DNA of 64,000 bases from an uncultured Nitrososphaerota archaeon (GCA_963701075.1 OY969559.1:480001-544000); one strand, 5' to 3'; shown: positions 1 through 10,044, numbered from the stretch's first letter. Numbers and translations are program-made. The notes: generated by a model not told the origin, from the letters alone.

Positions 1-1
1 T

Positions 2-475
2 GGCGATTTTGCTACCATGTCAATATCTACAGACAATGTCAGATATTCAAAGAGACCAGATTCACTTGATATCTCATGGTTATTCAAAGTTGGAATGCCG
101 CTAGCAATGCTTGCAGTGATCGAGGGCGTGGTTTTGACTATGGCAGGCTTGTCCTACTTTGGGCTGGGCAGTGACATCAACAGACTCTACACCTTCACTT
201 TTTCCTATCTTGCCATGGAATCAGTCTTTAGCCTAATGATAATGCGTGAGCGCGGCCGTTTTTGGAAGTCAAGGCCGAGCAATATTCTCCTCATCGCAAC
301 TGTTACGGAGATGGCAATCGTAGCTGCAATATCGATACTGGGCTTTTGGCAGCTTCCCCCACTAGGTTACATTCCGGTGCTAGTCATACTGATCTATTCG
401 CTTGTTGCATCATTTCTTGTCAATGATCTGCTCAAGGTTTATCTGATAGGCAAATTCTACAAAATCTCACAGTGA
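2..475 (+). CDS. P-type H+-transporting ATPase (Pma1-like), C-terminal fragment cut by window edge
   Basis: Frame open from base 2: GDFATMSISTDNV (M6 motif of type IIIA pumps), then RERGRFWKSRPS and hydrophobic helices. Confidence 0.8.
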   Translation, partial: GDFATMSISTDNVRYSKRPDSLDISWLFKVGMPLAMLAVIEGVVLTMAGLSYFGLGSDINRLYTFTFSYLAMESVFSLMIMRERGRFWKSRPSNILLIATVTEMAIVAAISILGFWQLPPLGYIPVLVILIYSLVASFLVNDLLKVYLIGKFYKISQ

Positions 476-636
476 TATGTAGTCACTGGCGCGTCATTTT
501 TCCTTCTCGTTGTATGAAAAAATCATTTACTTTTTCTTTTTTATTTTTGAGTTTTAGTGTGGAACTAAACTAGACAAAGCCCCTAATGGACCTAAAATTG
601 TACCAAAACAGTAACTGGGTCATACAGGGCCTGTAT

Positions 637-1662
637 CTAGTAATCTTTTATCAGTCTGAGCAAAGTTACGCTATGTGGCAAAAAATATTCAGGATAGCAG
701 TTTAACATGATGCCATTTCCTACATCATGGAAGGTCCAGTTTTTGCAGACCGTATCGTATTCTTCCCTTGAATGGTCATACTTCCAGCCAAAACCATTGG
801 AAATGTTTGACTGTGGATAATTGTGTCCACGAATAAGTGTGATTGTACCGTTTTGATAATTCACATTTACCTTGGCATAAAGAGAGTTTGGATAAAGATA
901 GATAACATGTGGATGGCTTGTGATTGCGTCAAACTCGCTTTGCGTGACATATTCATTGTGCAATACTATTACCTTGTCATATTGTTGTAATATGGCAGGG
1001 TTTTTGTCAACATCAATATCAGTTATGGTAGAATATCCAAGTCTTTCCAATATTGCATCACCCTCATAACTAGATGTATAGTAAAGTGATCTTGTTGGCT
1101 TCACATCTACTGTAAGGCAGCTTGTATCACACTGCTCGCGGTAGTAGGTATAGAACCCCGGCTCCCAATATGCGGCTTCTGTAAAGACTGGAATTATTAC
1201 AACAGGTTTTTTTGTCTCTGACCAAACAGATACCTGCTCTTCATTGGCTAGATTCAAGTCATCAGATGAAGGGCCAAGTAACTTTCCCCTTGTTTTTTCC
1301 AGAAATTCAAGTGCATAGAGAAACTGAGAATCTGAGGTTTTGTTTTCACTCCATTCCAGCGCAATCGTTTTTGCCTCAGCCATGTCTAACTGGTTTTTTG
1401 GTTCACCAAGGGTATCACTTTCTGGCATTGTACCTTGTTCGACAAGCCACAATGTTCCGTTCATAAAGTCGTTATCAGGAATCTTGTCCTCTGCCCACCA
1501 TTTTGCAAAGCCTTTGATCCAGTGAGGAATTGTAGTGGTTGCATCATCGTCTGCTTTTGCTTGCATGACAGTAAACGATGATAGGATTAGCAACAATCCC
1601 AAGAGCAATGATTTTAGAGCAAGCGTGTCAAATTTGCCTATTTTAGTATCCATTTCCACCAT
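637..1662 (-). CDS. Secreted protein with thaumarchaeal IPxW-WW domain and a dimethylformamidase-beta-like (GATase-fold) domain
   Basis: Signal peptide; IPHWIKGFAKWW; TDIDVDKNPAILQQYDKVIVLHNEYVT. Confidence 0.55.
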   Translation of the reverse strand: MVEMDTKIGKFDTLALKSLLLGLLLILSSFTVMQAKADDDATTTIPHWIKGFAKWWAEDKIPDNDFMNGTLWLVEQGTMPESDTLGEPKNQLDMAEAKTIALEWSENKTSDSQFLYALEFLEKTRGKLLGPSSDDLNLANEEQVSVWSETKKPVVIIPVFTEAAYWEPGFYTYYREQCDTSCLTVDVKPTRSLYYTSSYEGDAILERLGYSTITDIDVDKNPAILQQYDKVIVLHNEYVTQSEFDAITSHPHVIYLYPNSLYAKVNVNYQNGTITLIRGHNYPQSNISNGFGWKYDHSREEYDTVCKNWTFHDVGNGIMLNCYPEYFLPHSVTLLRLIKDY

Positions 1663-2003
1663 CGAATAAAAAGTGGCTTGTCTTTATACAGCCGAATCTT
1701 TGCACCACTGCCGCCTTGTGTAAGATCCGACTGTAACATTTCCAAAATGTCTCTCTCATTTTTTATTTTTTTACCCATTGCATTCTTTGATTGAATTATT
1801 TTTTCCATAAATTCCGGCTTTAAGAAAACCTCATAGAAACACCAGCCTGCTGCTAATGTTCCCTTGTCTGAGATCGTGTAGCCTTGTTGATAATTTGTCT
1901 CCTTTTGAAGCTCTTCAAGTGTCTTTCTTAAGAATGGAGCATCTTTGTCGACATCTTGCGAAGCAACAACAAAGGTAGGATTCATAATTTCTTCTAATGC
2001 CAT
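1638..2003 (-). CDS. Hypothetical protein
   Basis: 121-aa ATG ORF, overlaps next gene. Confidence 0.55.
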   Translation of the reverse strand: MALEEIMNPTFVVASQDVDKDAPFLRKTLEELQKETNYQQGYTISDKGTLAAGWCFYEVFLKPEFMEKIIQSKNAMGKKIKNERDILEMLQSDLTQGGSGAKIRLYKDKPLFIRWWKWILK

Positions 2004-2078
2004 CAGGTGATTTAAGACAAAAGATCAAAAACCAATCTTGATAATCAGATGCCAAAAAAAGAGACGTATAGTTTAGCT

Positions 2079-2519
2079 TTACTTTAACACAAGACCAAGT
2101 TCTATGACAACTCTGGACCAAGAAACTGAGGAAACTTTGGCCACTTCAGGTAGATTTTCTGCATAGTATGCTGCATTGTACTTGTCATACCAACTACTCG
2201 ATTTTGCTTCAACTACAAGTATTTTTGCACCAGGATCTGCCTGATGTGCTTGCTCCACGTAAAGCGAAACATCTGAAGTTGAGGAGGGATTTGAGTTTGA
2301 GATGCCAAATGGTGTAGCAATCTCAAGACAGCCGTTTGTAACGGTACAGGGAGGAAGACCATGCTGTGTATCGTATGCTGCAAGATCATTTCCCAAAGTA
2401 GGATCATCTGTTGTAACAATAATTGCAATCATAGAGCCTCCACTTGCAAATGCAGATGGAATAATCAAAGATGAAACCAATAGAACTATCACACTAATGA
2501 AAATGTTCTTGTTCATCAT
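2079..2519 (-). CDS. Secreted, truncated S53 (sedolisin)-like protein, catalytically degenerate
   Basis: DLAAYDTQHGLPPCTVTNGC and SDVSLYVEQAHQADPGAKILVVEAKS resemble the S53 N-half (ExxLDVEwAHAxAPGAxILLVEA); no Ser-nucleophile half. Confidence 0.6.
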   Translation of the reverse strand: MMNKNIFISVIVLLVSSLIIPSAFASGGSMIAIIVTTDDPTLGNDLAAYDTQHGLPPCTVTNGCLEIATPFGISNSNPSSTSDVSLYVEQAHQADPGAKILVVEAKSSSWYDKYNAAYYAENLPEVAKVSSVSWSRVVIELGLVLK

Positions 2520-2595
2520 GCTTAATCTTACCCGCTCTTTCCTATTATGTTCTCCTTACCTGTGATTTGTATGAAATGTCTTTGTTCCCCGCATC

Positions 2596-3672
2596 TTACT
2601 TGAGTTTATATCGCAATATGGCAAGCACTCTATCGTCCAGATCAAGCTTTGCAAGTAATGCAGGATTTGAAATAAACTCTATCTTGGTTGATGTATTTTC
2701 TGCAATCTCTATCATCTTCATAATTTCTTCATGCTCTGATACAGACGTAGAATAATAATTGGCAGAAACTATCAAAGTATCCACAGCCCCCAAAGACAGG
2801 GCTTGGTGTATTGCAGAAATTTCTGTTTCTGTGAGACCCTCCTTTACCAGCCTGTCAAACTTGTCTGTCAAGGAAACGGCATAATCTCTCCTGTATTGAT
2901 ACAGGCGGCTAATGATTTTTTCGGCAAGATCAGACGGTGATGTTGAAAACGTTATATTTTCAACAAGGCTTGTCTTCTTTGCAAGTTCGGGATCCAATGA
3001 TGACAAAAATTCTTTTTTTGCCAGGCCAGGACCGCCAAGGAGTATGATATCTGTTCTCCTCAAATCAAAGTCCTTTATTTTGACATTTATTTTTTTTAAA
3101 AACTGGTCTATCTGAATTTCCCTGTTTCGTGCAAATCTTGCTTGACTTGAACCGCCCTTGCTATGTTTATTCTTCAAGTATGTGCCCAACTTAGATTCCT
3201 GAACAAGCCTGCTTCCCCGAAACTGCTTGAGTATTGCAGATTTGTGATCCATAATAATGAGTAAAACTTCGTAATCTATCTTTAACAGGTCGTGTAATGG
3301 CTTTAGGTAGGGTCTCTTGTCTACTGCATATACTGGCGGCATTTCCTTGGATACCGTAATCTCTTTTATCTTGATTCCCTGATCCCCATTCCACCCAAAT
3401 ATGCAATATGTACTTGCAGTCGCATCACTAGCTGCAAAGACTTCTTTTCCAATAAGAGATCTAATTTTATCTTCAATTACACTTTCAATTTTTTCTATAT
3501 TTTCGCTTCTTCTAGTATGATGAATAATGTCAACTATCTCTGAAACTTTGTTACTGGGTATGTATGCTGATACACAAGGAGATGATGCTTCCTTTATCTC
3601 AAGAACATACCTATTGACTGAGTACCATTCACGTGGAGAAATTTCATTTATACTCAAGATATTTTGAATCAC
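2596..3672 (-). CDS. aeRF1-superfamily paralog (baeRF/VLRF1-type, GGxSQ)
   Basis: KHSKGGSSQARFARNRE, IILLGGPGLAKKEF, ALSLGAVDTLIV, AILRY C-terminus. Confidence 0.8.
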   Translation of the reverse strand: MIQNILSINEISPREWYSVNRYVLEIKEASSPCVSAYIPSNKVSEIVDIIHHTRRSENIEKIESVIEDKIRSLIGKEVFAASDATASTYCIFGWNGDQGIKIKEITVSKEMPPVYAVDKRPYLKPLHDLLKIDYEVLLIIMDHKSAILKQFRGSRLVQESKLGTYLKNKHSKGGSSQARFARNREIQIDQFLKKINVKIKDFDLRRTDIILLGGPGLAKKEFLSSLDPELAKKTSLVENITFSTSPSDLAEKIISRLYQYRRDYAVSLTDKFDRLVKEGLTETEISAIHQALSLGAVDTLIVSANYYSTSVSEHEEIMKMIEIAENTSTKIEFISNPALLAKLDLDDRVLAILRYKLK

Positions 3673-3715
3673 TCAAACTACATATAATTGTCATAACAAG
3701 ATGGCGTTTTTAGAA

Positions 3716-4463
3716 TTACACTTTGATTATTCCGCTAGAGACCAACCACTGCATCCCTTTTACAAATGAATCATCTGAAATCTGCCCGTCTGCCCACCAG
3801 CCAGCATTATTTTTAAACCATACAGGAATTTGATTCGAGGGTGCAGAAACTGACTGAGTTGGGGGGATTGCAATTATTTTTTGTTCAATTAGATATTGAA
3901 TGCCTTGAATGAAATCATTATTAGTTATGGCTCCCTCTGACCACCATTTCGCATTATTGTGAATCCACTGCGGAATCTGCATGGTCGTGGTCGCATTTGG
4001 AGCAGAGCATTGAATGCCTTGGCAGCTTCCAGTAACAGTGAACTGTGTTTGTACCGTAAGCGTTCCCTGCTCTGAATGATATTGTGCCAGGATCTCATAC
4101 TGACCATTTTCTGCCATGAGTGAGCTGGCCGTGTTTATTTTTGTGGTATAGTTCCCGTTATTATCAAGAGGTAATTGGGTTGCAAAGATATCATCAAGTG
4201 ACGGATCAATTCCCATTATGACAGCGTCCTCTCCTGCAATTGGATTTGTTACGTGACCTGATACTGTAATCATGTCTCCATGGATATAGACTGGCTTGTC
4301 TGTTGTAACCGAAATTGAAGATGCAATGTAACCTGAATTTGGCGCACATGCTGGCGGGCAGAATCCAAATGCCGGCGCACTAGTTCCAGCAGCAATCAGA
4401 ACTCCAAAAACTATTGATAAAACAAGGAAAATATAATATTGATTATTGAATGATTTTTCCCAT
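3716..4463 (-). CDS. Secreted Ig-like protein with two C-terminal IPxW-WW domains (apparent +1 frameshift in T5 run at 4454-4458)
   Basis: Frame continues upstream of track ORF (VTTDKPVYIHGD, signal peptide); ATG at 4463 is in frame if one A is removed. Confidence 0.7.
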
Positions 4464-4831
4464 GTTTTCGTAGGAATGAATTGCAGTTTGTATTAAATAA
4501 ACCTAGGTACCAGGATGGAAAGTTCATTGATTGCAATAAATCCGATTGTTGCCATGATCCCTCCAACAATCGCTGTCGTAAATAGTACCGCTGTTTTATC
4601 TGCAAATGAATTTCTCACAACTGTTATCTCTTCAACATTATATCGTATAATATGACAAAAATTTGTTAGTCAGTGGTGAAGGATAGTTTAGTATCATTTT
4701 GGATTGGTGTTAACCTAATTCAATAAATCTTGAAAATGATGACTCTTCTAAGCTTGTGATTATAGAAAAATACAAATTTTCATGGCAGAAAGCAAGATCT
4801 TGAAGACTGAATTCTTGAGAGATCTTTTGAC

Positions 4832-5221
4832 TTATCCTACCATCTGAGTTATTTTATTTAATATCTCTTTTTCCACGTGCACTGTCCATAACATCTCTGG
4901 GATGTCAACTGCCAGAAATAGCAACGACAAGAGCAATGCCTCTACTGCTGCAATGGCGATATTTTGTATGAATTTTCCAATTCCAACGTGTACGGCAAAG
5001 TCGTTTGGATCCCCGCTAATCATTATAGTAAATGCCCTGTCAGCAGTAATGAAATCCCTCAGAATGCCTGCCTTTGTTGCCTGGATGATTGTACCTACAG
5101 GAGAAGTAGCAGTCATCTGTGTCTTGTATCCGTCTTGATCTAGCATTGTGACTACTTGTTGCGCCAGCTGGTTCAGATCCTTGTTTTTGTTTTGAAATCT
5201 GACCACTTTTTCAGAGACCAT
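4832..5221 (-). CDS. Hypothetical protein with one hydrophobic helix
   Basis: 129-aa ATG ORF with TTTAA promoter-like site upstream. Confidence 0.65.
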   Translation of the reverse strand: MVSEKVVRFQNKNKDLNQLAQQVVTMLDQDGYKTQMTATSPVGTIIQATKAGILRDFITADRAFTIMISGDPNDFAVHVGIGKFIQNIAIAAVEALLLSLLFLAVDIPEMLWTVHVEKEILNKITQMVG

Positions 5222-5355
5222 GCAGAAAAGAGTCTTTTCTGGTAATTAAACCGTATCGCAATTCTCATCTAGAGTACAGATTACAAGTTGGATCTTTTGA
5301 ATATCCCAGATTATTGTAGCTTCAAGACTCATATTTTTTGAACTAGATCTTGGCT

Positions 5356-5787
5356 CTATTTTACTAAAAGTACAGGGATTTTGGATTTGTGTAAAACCCC
5401 GTATGCAACACTTCCAAGGAAGACTTCCTTTACTGGGCCAAATCCTCGGGATGCAATAACTATGAGATCAAATTTTTTATTCTTGGCAAAATTTGCTATA
5501 TCGGCTGCTATTACATCGCCTTCAATTATCTTTTCATCAAAAACAATGCCGTTTTTTGCCGAGCGGATTTTTGCTTCAGTCAAGGATTTTCTCACCTGTT
5601 CTAGCATTTTCTCTCTGTATGGTCCAAATATTCTGGGACCAGATTTTACCACGTAAAATGGAACCACGTATAAGCCGGTTATGGTGGCACTGCACTGCCT
5701 TGCAAGATATATTGCCTTGTCAAGACCCTTGATAGAATTTTCCGAACCGTCTAATGGAACCAATATTCTTTTTATCTTAGGTTTCAT
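5356..5787 (-). CDS. Universal stress protein (UspA family)
   Basis: ILVPLDGSENS ... DLIVIASRG ... FLGSVAYGVLH. Confidence 0.95.
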   Translation of the reverse strand: MKPKIKRILVPLDGSENSIKGLDKAIYLARQCSATITGLYVVPFYVVKSGPRIFGPYREKMLEQVRKSLTEAKIRSAKNGIVFDEKIIEGDVIAADIANFAKNKKFDLIVIASRGFGPVKEVFLGSVAYGVLHKSKIPVLLVK

Positions 5788-5981
5788 GTATTGTGTTGCT
5801 CAATTTACCTTATTATCTGAAAGATAATTATCATTTGTGGTATTCATGCAAGCAGGTTATAATCAAAAACACGCCAAAATTACACACCGTGGTCTAAATT
5901 GCGATAGCCATTGATTAGTATGGATAAGAGACCCGAAAATGTCACTCATCTCTTAAATAATATTCTGCGTATAATATAGTC

Positions 5982-6335
5982 ATGACACAAGATGTAGAAT
6001 CCATATACAACGAATATGTATCGAAACTGAAACAAGCCATGCCAAACGTCGATCCTAATCTGATCCACAGGATAATCTATCTTGAAAGAAAACTTGCAAG
6101 CGAAGATATGACTGAACCTGACGTCAGCGCAATAATAGAATACAAGACAGGTGTCGATGTAGATGTCAAAATAAATGGCCTGCGAGAAAAATATTCACTT
6201 GAAGTAGAACATGGGGATAAAGAAGGTATCCTTCATGTTGTGGGGCGTATGAAGATGGGAAAGGTCCAAAATATTGCAGCCGACAGGGATATTGCAAAGA
6301 TTACAGGAAAAGCCGATCCTGGATATGGAGAATAA
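5982..6335 (+). CDS. Hypothetical protein, possibly subtilase-propeptide (I9)-like fold
   Basis: 117-aa ORF with TATA-like TTAAATAA upstream; fold guess is weak. Confidence 0.55.
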   Translation: MTQDVESIYNEYVSKLKQAMPNVDPNLIHRIIYLERKLASEDMTEPDVSAIIEYKTGVDVDVKINGLREKYSLEVEHGDKEGILHVVGRMKMGKVQNIAADRDIAKITGKADPGYGE

Positions 6336-6407
6336 TCAAATCCACGCTGTTTCATGCCCTTGATAATTAGCACAAACCAGTAATATGGCCATAGTTTAGT
6401 CAATACC

Positions 6408-6827
6408 ATGATAGAAAGACCGAAAATCAAAAAAATTCTTGTGCCCCTTGACGGCTCCAAAAATTCCCTCAAAGCACTAGAGACTGGAGTCCACCTTGCA
6501 AAGGAACACGAAGCGTCACTTACCGTTATTCACGTTATACACATGTCACACAAAAAAGAACTCAAGCAAAAAGAACTAGAAGAGGAGGTCCCACCAGAAT
6601 TCATCCTTTCTGCAAAAAAACTTGCAGTAAAAAATGGCGTACCATTTTTTAGCCGAATACTTACGGGAGACCCGGGACATTCTATAGTGGAATATTCAGA
6701 TGACCATAACATAGATGTGATCGTAATAGGTGCCAGAGGCATAAGCACTTTTAAAAAGATCTTTCTTGGAAGCGTCTCAAACTATGTGATGCACGCCTCA
6801 AAGGTTGCAGTAATGCTCATAAAATAA
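6408..6827 (+). CDS. Universal stress protein (UspA family)
   Basis: ILVPLDGSKNS ... DVIVIGARG ... FLGSVSNYVMH. Confidence 0.95.
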   Translation: MIERPKIKKILVPLDGSKNSLKALETGVHLAKEHEASLTVIHVIHMSHKKELKQKELEEEVPPEFILSAKKLAVKNGVPFFSRILTGDPGHSIVEYSDDHNIDVIVIGARGISTFKKIFLGSVSNYVMHASKVAVMLIK

Positions 6828-6880
6828 AATCAAAAACTATCTCAAGGATTTTTTGGCATGGTATCATAAAACATGTTATA

Positions 6881-7144
6881 TCATACCGTATCATCAATCT
6901 CTCCTCCAAGATACGTCCCATTTTCGTCATAGACGTAAAATACCGTTGCAGTGCTTGGGTCTGCTGCGTCTTTTGAGGCATTTCTAGTCATTTCTCTAGC
7001 TTTTCTTATTGCCATGTCGCAGTTGTCGTGATCTTCCACTACCCAATGGCCCTTGCCTGGAATCTCAGACTTGTCTATTCCCATGATGCGAAACTTGCCT
7101 TTTGGCGGTTTAAGCTCAGGAAAGTCTCTAAACATAGAATCCAA
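6881..7144 (-). CDS. Hypothetical protein
   Basis: 87-aa ORF with protein-like composition. Confidence 0.55.
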   Translation of the reverse strand: MDSMFRDFPELKPPKGKFRIMGIDKSEIPGKGHWVVEDHDNCDMAIRKAREMTRNASKDAADPSTATVFYVYDENGTYLGGEIDDTV

Positions 7145-7192
7145 GATATGATTCTAAAATAAAAATCTGCATAGCTGAAAATCTCTGATGCG

Positions 7193-7426
7193 ATGTATAT
7201 AGAGCCCCCTTTGCCACAAAATCAAGCAATGTCGATCTATCGCACGTTGGGCAAGATGCTTTTGATATCAGGTATATCGCTTGCAATACTTACATTATTT
7301 GATTATGCCATATTTCTTGCAAACAATTCAGGAGACGTGTACGTTAATCCATACGAGTACATCCAGTATTTTGTAATTGCGATTTTAGTTCTAGTCGGGA
7401 TTGTGTTAATAATAAAAAACAAATGA
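7193..7426 (+). CDS. Small two-TM membrane protein
   Basis: Two hydrophobic helices; true start may be MSIYR. Confidence 0.55.
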   Translation: MYIEPPLPQNQAMSIYRTLGKMLLISGISLAILTLFDYAIFLANNSGDVYVNPYEYIQYFVIAILVLVGIVLIIKNK

Positions 7427-7569
7427 TGAAAACAAGATTTCCTGAGGCAAGTGCCAAGACCGAGGTGTTTGGGTCAATCATCCTTATCAATCCTGCAAAT
7501 TCATGAAAAGGAGCAGAAGGTCACTGTAGGAGATCCGTAATCTTGATTAGAAACCATCAAGAAAAAAGG

Positions 7570-7731
7570 ATGTTGTCAAAAACTAAGATGTATTCTCCGC
7601 CACTCTCTGAAGAAGAGGTCGCAGACGTCAAAAAAGCACTAAAAAGTAAAGGAAAGATCTACAAGACCCCTGAGGAATTAATACAGGATCTGCATACAAA
7701 TGTGGCAAATCGACCAAAGACCTCAGTTTAA
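7570..7731 (+). CDS. Putative type II antitoxin
   Basis: LSEEEVADVKKALKSKGKIYKTPEELIQDL typical of RelB-type C-terminus; overlaps toxin. Confidence 0.65.
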   Translation: MLSKTKMYSPPLSEEEVADVKKALKSKGKIYKTPEELIQDLHTNVANRPKTSV

Positions 7732-7963
7732 CAGACAATACAAACTTCTTGGAAGAGAGCGTCAGAAAAGGATTGACTCTGCAATTCTGGATCTGGCATA
7801 CTCCGAAAATCCATCGACAAAAGGTGATTTCAAAAAGAACATGCGCGTTTTTGCCTACGAGCTTGGAAGAGGAGACAGAATAATTTACACAATACAATAC
7901 GAGGATAACACGATAGTATTGTTGCGAGTCTGTGACCACAAGTCAGTCTACGGTAAAGACTGA
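7700..7963 (+). CDS. RelE/ParE family toxin
   Basis: FNRQYKLL ... GDRIIYTI ... IVLLRVCDHKSVY. Confidence 0.85.
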   Translation: MWQIDQRPQFNRQYKLLGRERQKRIDSAILDLAYSENPSTKGDFKKNMRVFAYELGRGDRIIYTIQYEDNTIVLLRVCDHKSVYGKD

Positions 7964-8038
7964 CTGAATCATTCCAATCCAGGCAAATTCTCCAAACCAG
8001 GAGCATAATTTTTTAGCCAGTCTTGACATCATAATACC

Positions 8039-8164
8039 ATGAATTTTGGCCTTTGTCCCTTTTGCAACTTGCACAGGGAACTTGGCTCATACTACTCGAA
8101 AAAATATGGCAAGACAGTTGAGATATGCAAAGACTGTTACAACAAGAAATCATTGACAAATTAA
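8039..8164 (+). CDS. Zinc-finger microprotein, 41 aa (not in ORF track)
   Basis: Hand translation MNFGLCPFCNLHRELGSYYSKKYGKTVEICKDCYNKKSLTN; two CxxC. Confidence 0.6.
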   Translation: MNFGLCPFCNLHRELGSYYSKKYGKTVEICKDCYNKKSLTN

Positions 8165-8229
8165 TCTTGTATATACGAAAGAATACAAAACCACTATGAC
8201 CCAAGATCTATAAATCATTATATGTGATA

Positions 8230-8245
8230 GTATACTATAGTATAC
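8230..8245. promoter_or_regulatory. 16-bp perfect palindrome GTATACTATAGTATAC, likely TA autoregulatory operator
   Basis: Sits between a TATA-like TTATAT and the antitoxin GTG at 8248. Confidence 0.6.
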
Positions 8246-8247
8246 CA

Positions 8248-8473
8248 GTGAATACTACAATAAAAATAAAAGACAAAACGAGAGCAAAGCTTGAAAACTT
8301 TAAGATACATACAAAGGAAACATATAATGACGTTATTGAGAGACTAATGAAAGTAGCACAAGACGATGAGCTGAGATCCTCAAACAATAAAAAACCTTAG
8401 AAAATCCCTTGATGACATAGTGAAGGGTAAAACCTATTCCCTTACACAAGTAGAAAAAGAACTTGGTCTATAA
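8248..8473 (+). CDS. RHH-type antitoxin (apparent frameshift at 8373; not in ORF track)
   Basis: MNTTIKIKDKTRAKLENFKIHTKETYNDVIERL ... KSLDDIVKGKTYSLTQVEKELGL after removing one G; overlaps toxin start. Confidence 0.8.
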
Positions 8474-8714
8474 CATACTCATAACCGAGACTGCAAAGAA
8501 GCAACTGGCAAAGGTTGACAGGCAAAACGCAATAAGAATAGACAAGAAACTACGTGAAATTTTGCATGATCCATTTCTTTACATAACAAGACTTGCTAAT
8601 CTAGAACTTTACAAGCTAAGAGTTGGAGATTACAGGGTATTGATGAGTATTCAAAAAAACAGATTGATTATAGTGGTAGTTGAAATAAGCCACAGGCGTA
8701 ACGCATACAAATAG
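8463..8714 (+). CDS. relE: RelE family toxin
   Basis: AKKQLAKVD ... YKLRVGDYRVL ... ISHRRNAYK. Confidence 0.9.
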   Translation: MVYNILITETAKKQLAKVDRQNAIRIDKKLREILHDPFLYITRLANLELYKLRVGDYRVLMSIQKNRLIIVVVEISHRRNAYK

Positions 8715-8767
8715 GCTATCAAACTTTTTACATCGTTCTCTTATCTGGGCGTTTTTTCTAACAAAAA

Positions 8768-9233
8768 TTATTCATAGAATACATTTTTTACGTATTTTGA
8801 CAAGTTGCCCCTGACAGACAAATAAGACAGGACAAATATCGCAATGCCTGTAGCATGTGTTGCAGTACAAAGCAGACAGACAGAACCCACCAAGAAGAAC
8901 TCGACGTAAACAAGACATGCTGCAGAGGCAACTCCAATCCCAGCCCAGATGAAAAGGTAAAACGGAGCATTAGCACTGGCATCCTTAGAAAATCTCAGTT
9001 TGTTATGGTATAGCAATCCAGACACAGAAAACCAGACAACGCCAAACGCACCAAGAGGTATCTTTTCTACCTCAGAGTATGAGCTGAAGAACTGTATTGG
9101 TGCAGTTTATCTTGTCGCTCAGGTTGCACCAGCTTGGCAGCCCGGCTCTAGCTTCATAATGAAAATAAATCAGATACAACGATAACGATATCCCAATTAT
9201 TACACATGCCAAGAAAATTTTGGGGAATCTCAT
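8768..9233 (-). CDS. Vitamin K epoxide reductase (VKOR) family protein (apparent frameshift at 9086)
   Basis: Loop cysteines SWCNLSDKINC, VLSSYSEVEKIPLGAFG after repair, active-site CLLC. Confidence 0.85.
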
Positions 9234-9237
9234 GATT

Positions 9238-10044
9238 TTATTTCAAGTTTGCAAAGCTTTGAGAGCAAACATTGCTTGGCATATCATTTGTAGCCTTGCA
9301 AATTTCGCTAATCAGTGTGTTTGCTGTCCCATCTATGCCCTGGGCTACATTGCTATTGGGATTGTCAAGCTGCGAGCTTATCTGCTCCCAGGTCATCCCG
9401 GAGAGAAGACTTGGTTGGTATTGAGAGCCTGATACCATGTACTGGTTGGCAATATCTACAAAAGGTATGCCGCCTTGAGGGTTGTACGTCTTTGCCAAAG
9501 CATCCTGATCAGGCGTTGGAGTTTGCAGTGGAGTACTAAACCTGTCTTGAATTTCCACGGGCTGGAAAGAGATGTAGGGACTTGTATAAGTTGCCCCATA
9601 GAAAGAAAATGTTGGAGTGTTGGCATATTGGTCTGTAGGAGACGACTCCATGTAACTTAGATTGGTAAAGTTGCCAAATTTTGAAAGTGCTACTATCATG
9701 CTCCATCTTTCTGCAGCACAATAGGGACAGTACTCTGCCCCAAGATAAACAATGAGTGGCTTGTTGTTAGATGTAAGTGCGGGGCCTGAAATCTGGATAG
9801 GAGAAGTAGCACTTCCCTGACCAATAGACGACAGCGTGGAATCGCTCACATTTGATAATGAATTGTAGATATCTGAAGAGATGGGTTGCCCTATCATGCT
9901 TGTCGTGTTACTGCCATTATTTTGAGACAAATAAACAACAAATCCGATTATGGACGCAGCTATAATTACAGAAACTATGAGTATGCCCTTGCGATTTATC
10001 TTTGCCTTTGGTTTTTCAGATTCATTGGGTTTTTGGGGAGGCAT
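9238..10044 (-). CDS. DUF929 family thioredoxin-fold membrane-anchored protein
   Basis: [34 protein letters not shown]; N-terminal TM. Confidence 0.85.
   Translation of the reverse strand: MPPQKPNESEKPKAKINRKGILIVSVIIAASIIGFVVYLSQNNGSNTTSMIGQPISSDIYNSLSNVSDSTLSSIGQGSATSPIQISGPALTSNNKPLIVYLGAEYCPYCAAERWSMIVALSKFGNFTNLSYMESSPTDQYANTPTFSFYGATYTSPYISFQPVEIQDRFSTPLQTPTPDQDALAKTYNPQGGIPFVDIANQYMVSGSQYQPSLLSGMTWEQISSQLDNPNSNVAQGIDGTANTLISEICKATNDMPSNVCSQSFANLK

Noticed and set aside
8013-8204. Minus-strand 63-aa track ORF, and likewise 43260-43481 and 51127-51396
   Set aside because: Shadows of better-supported small + strand genes
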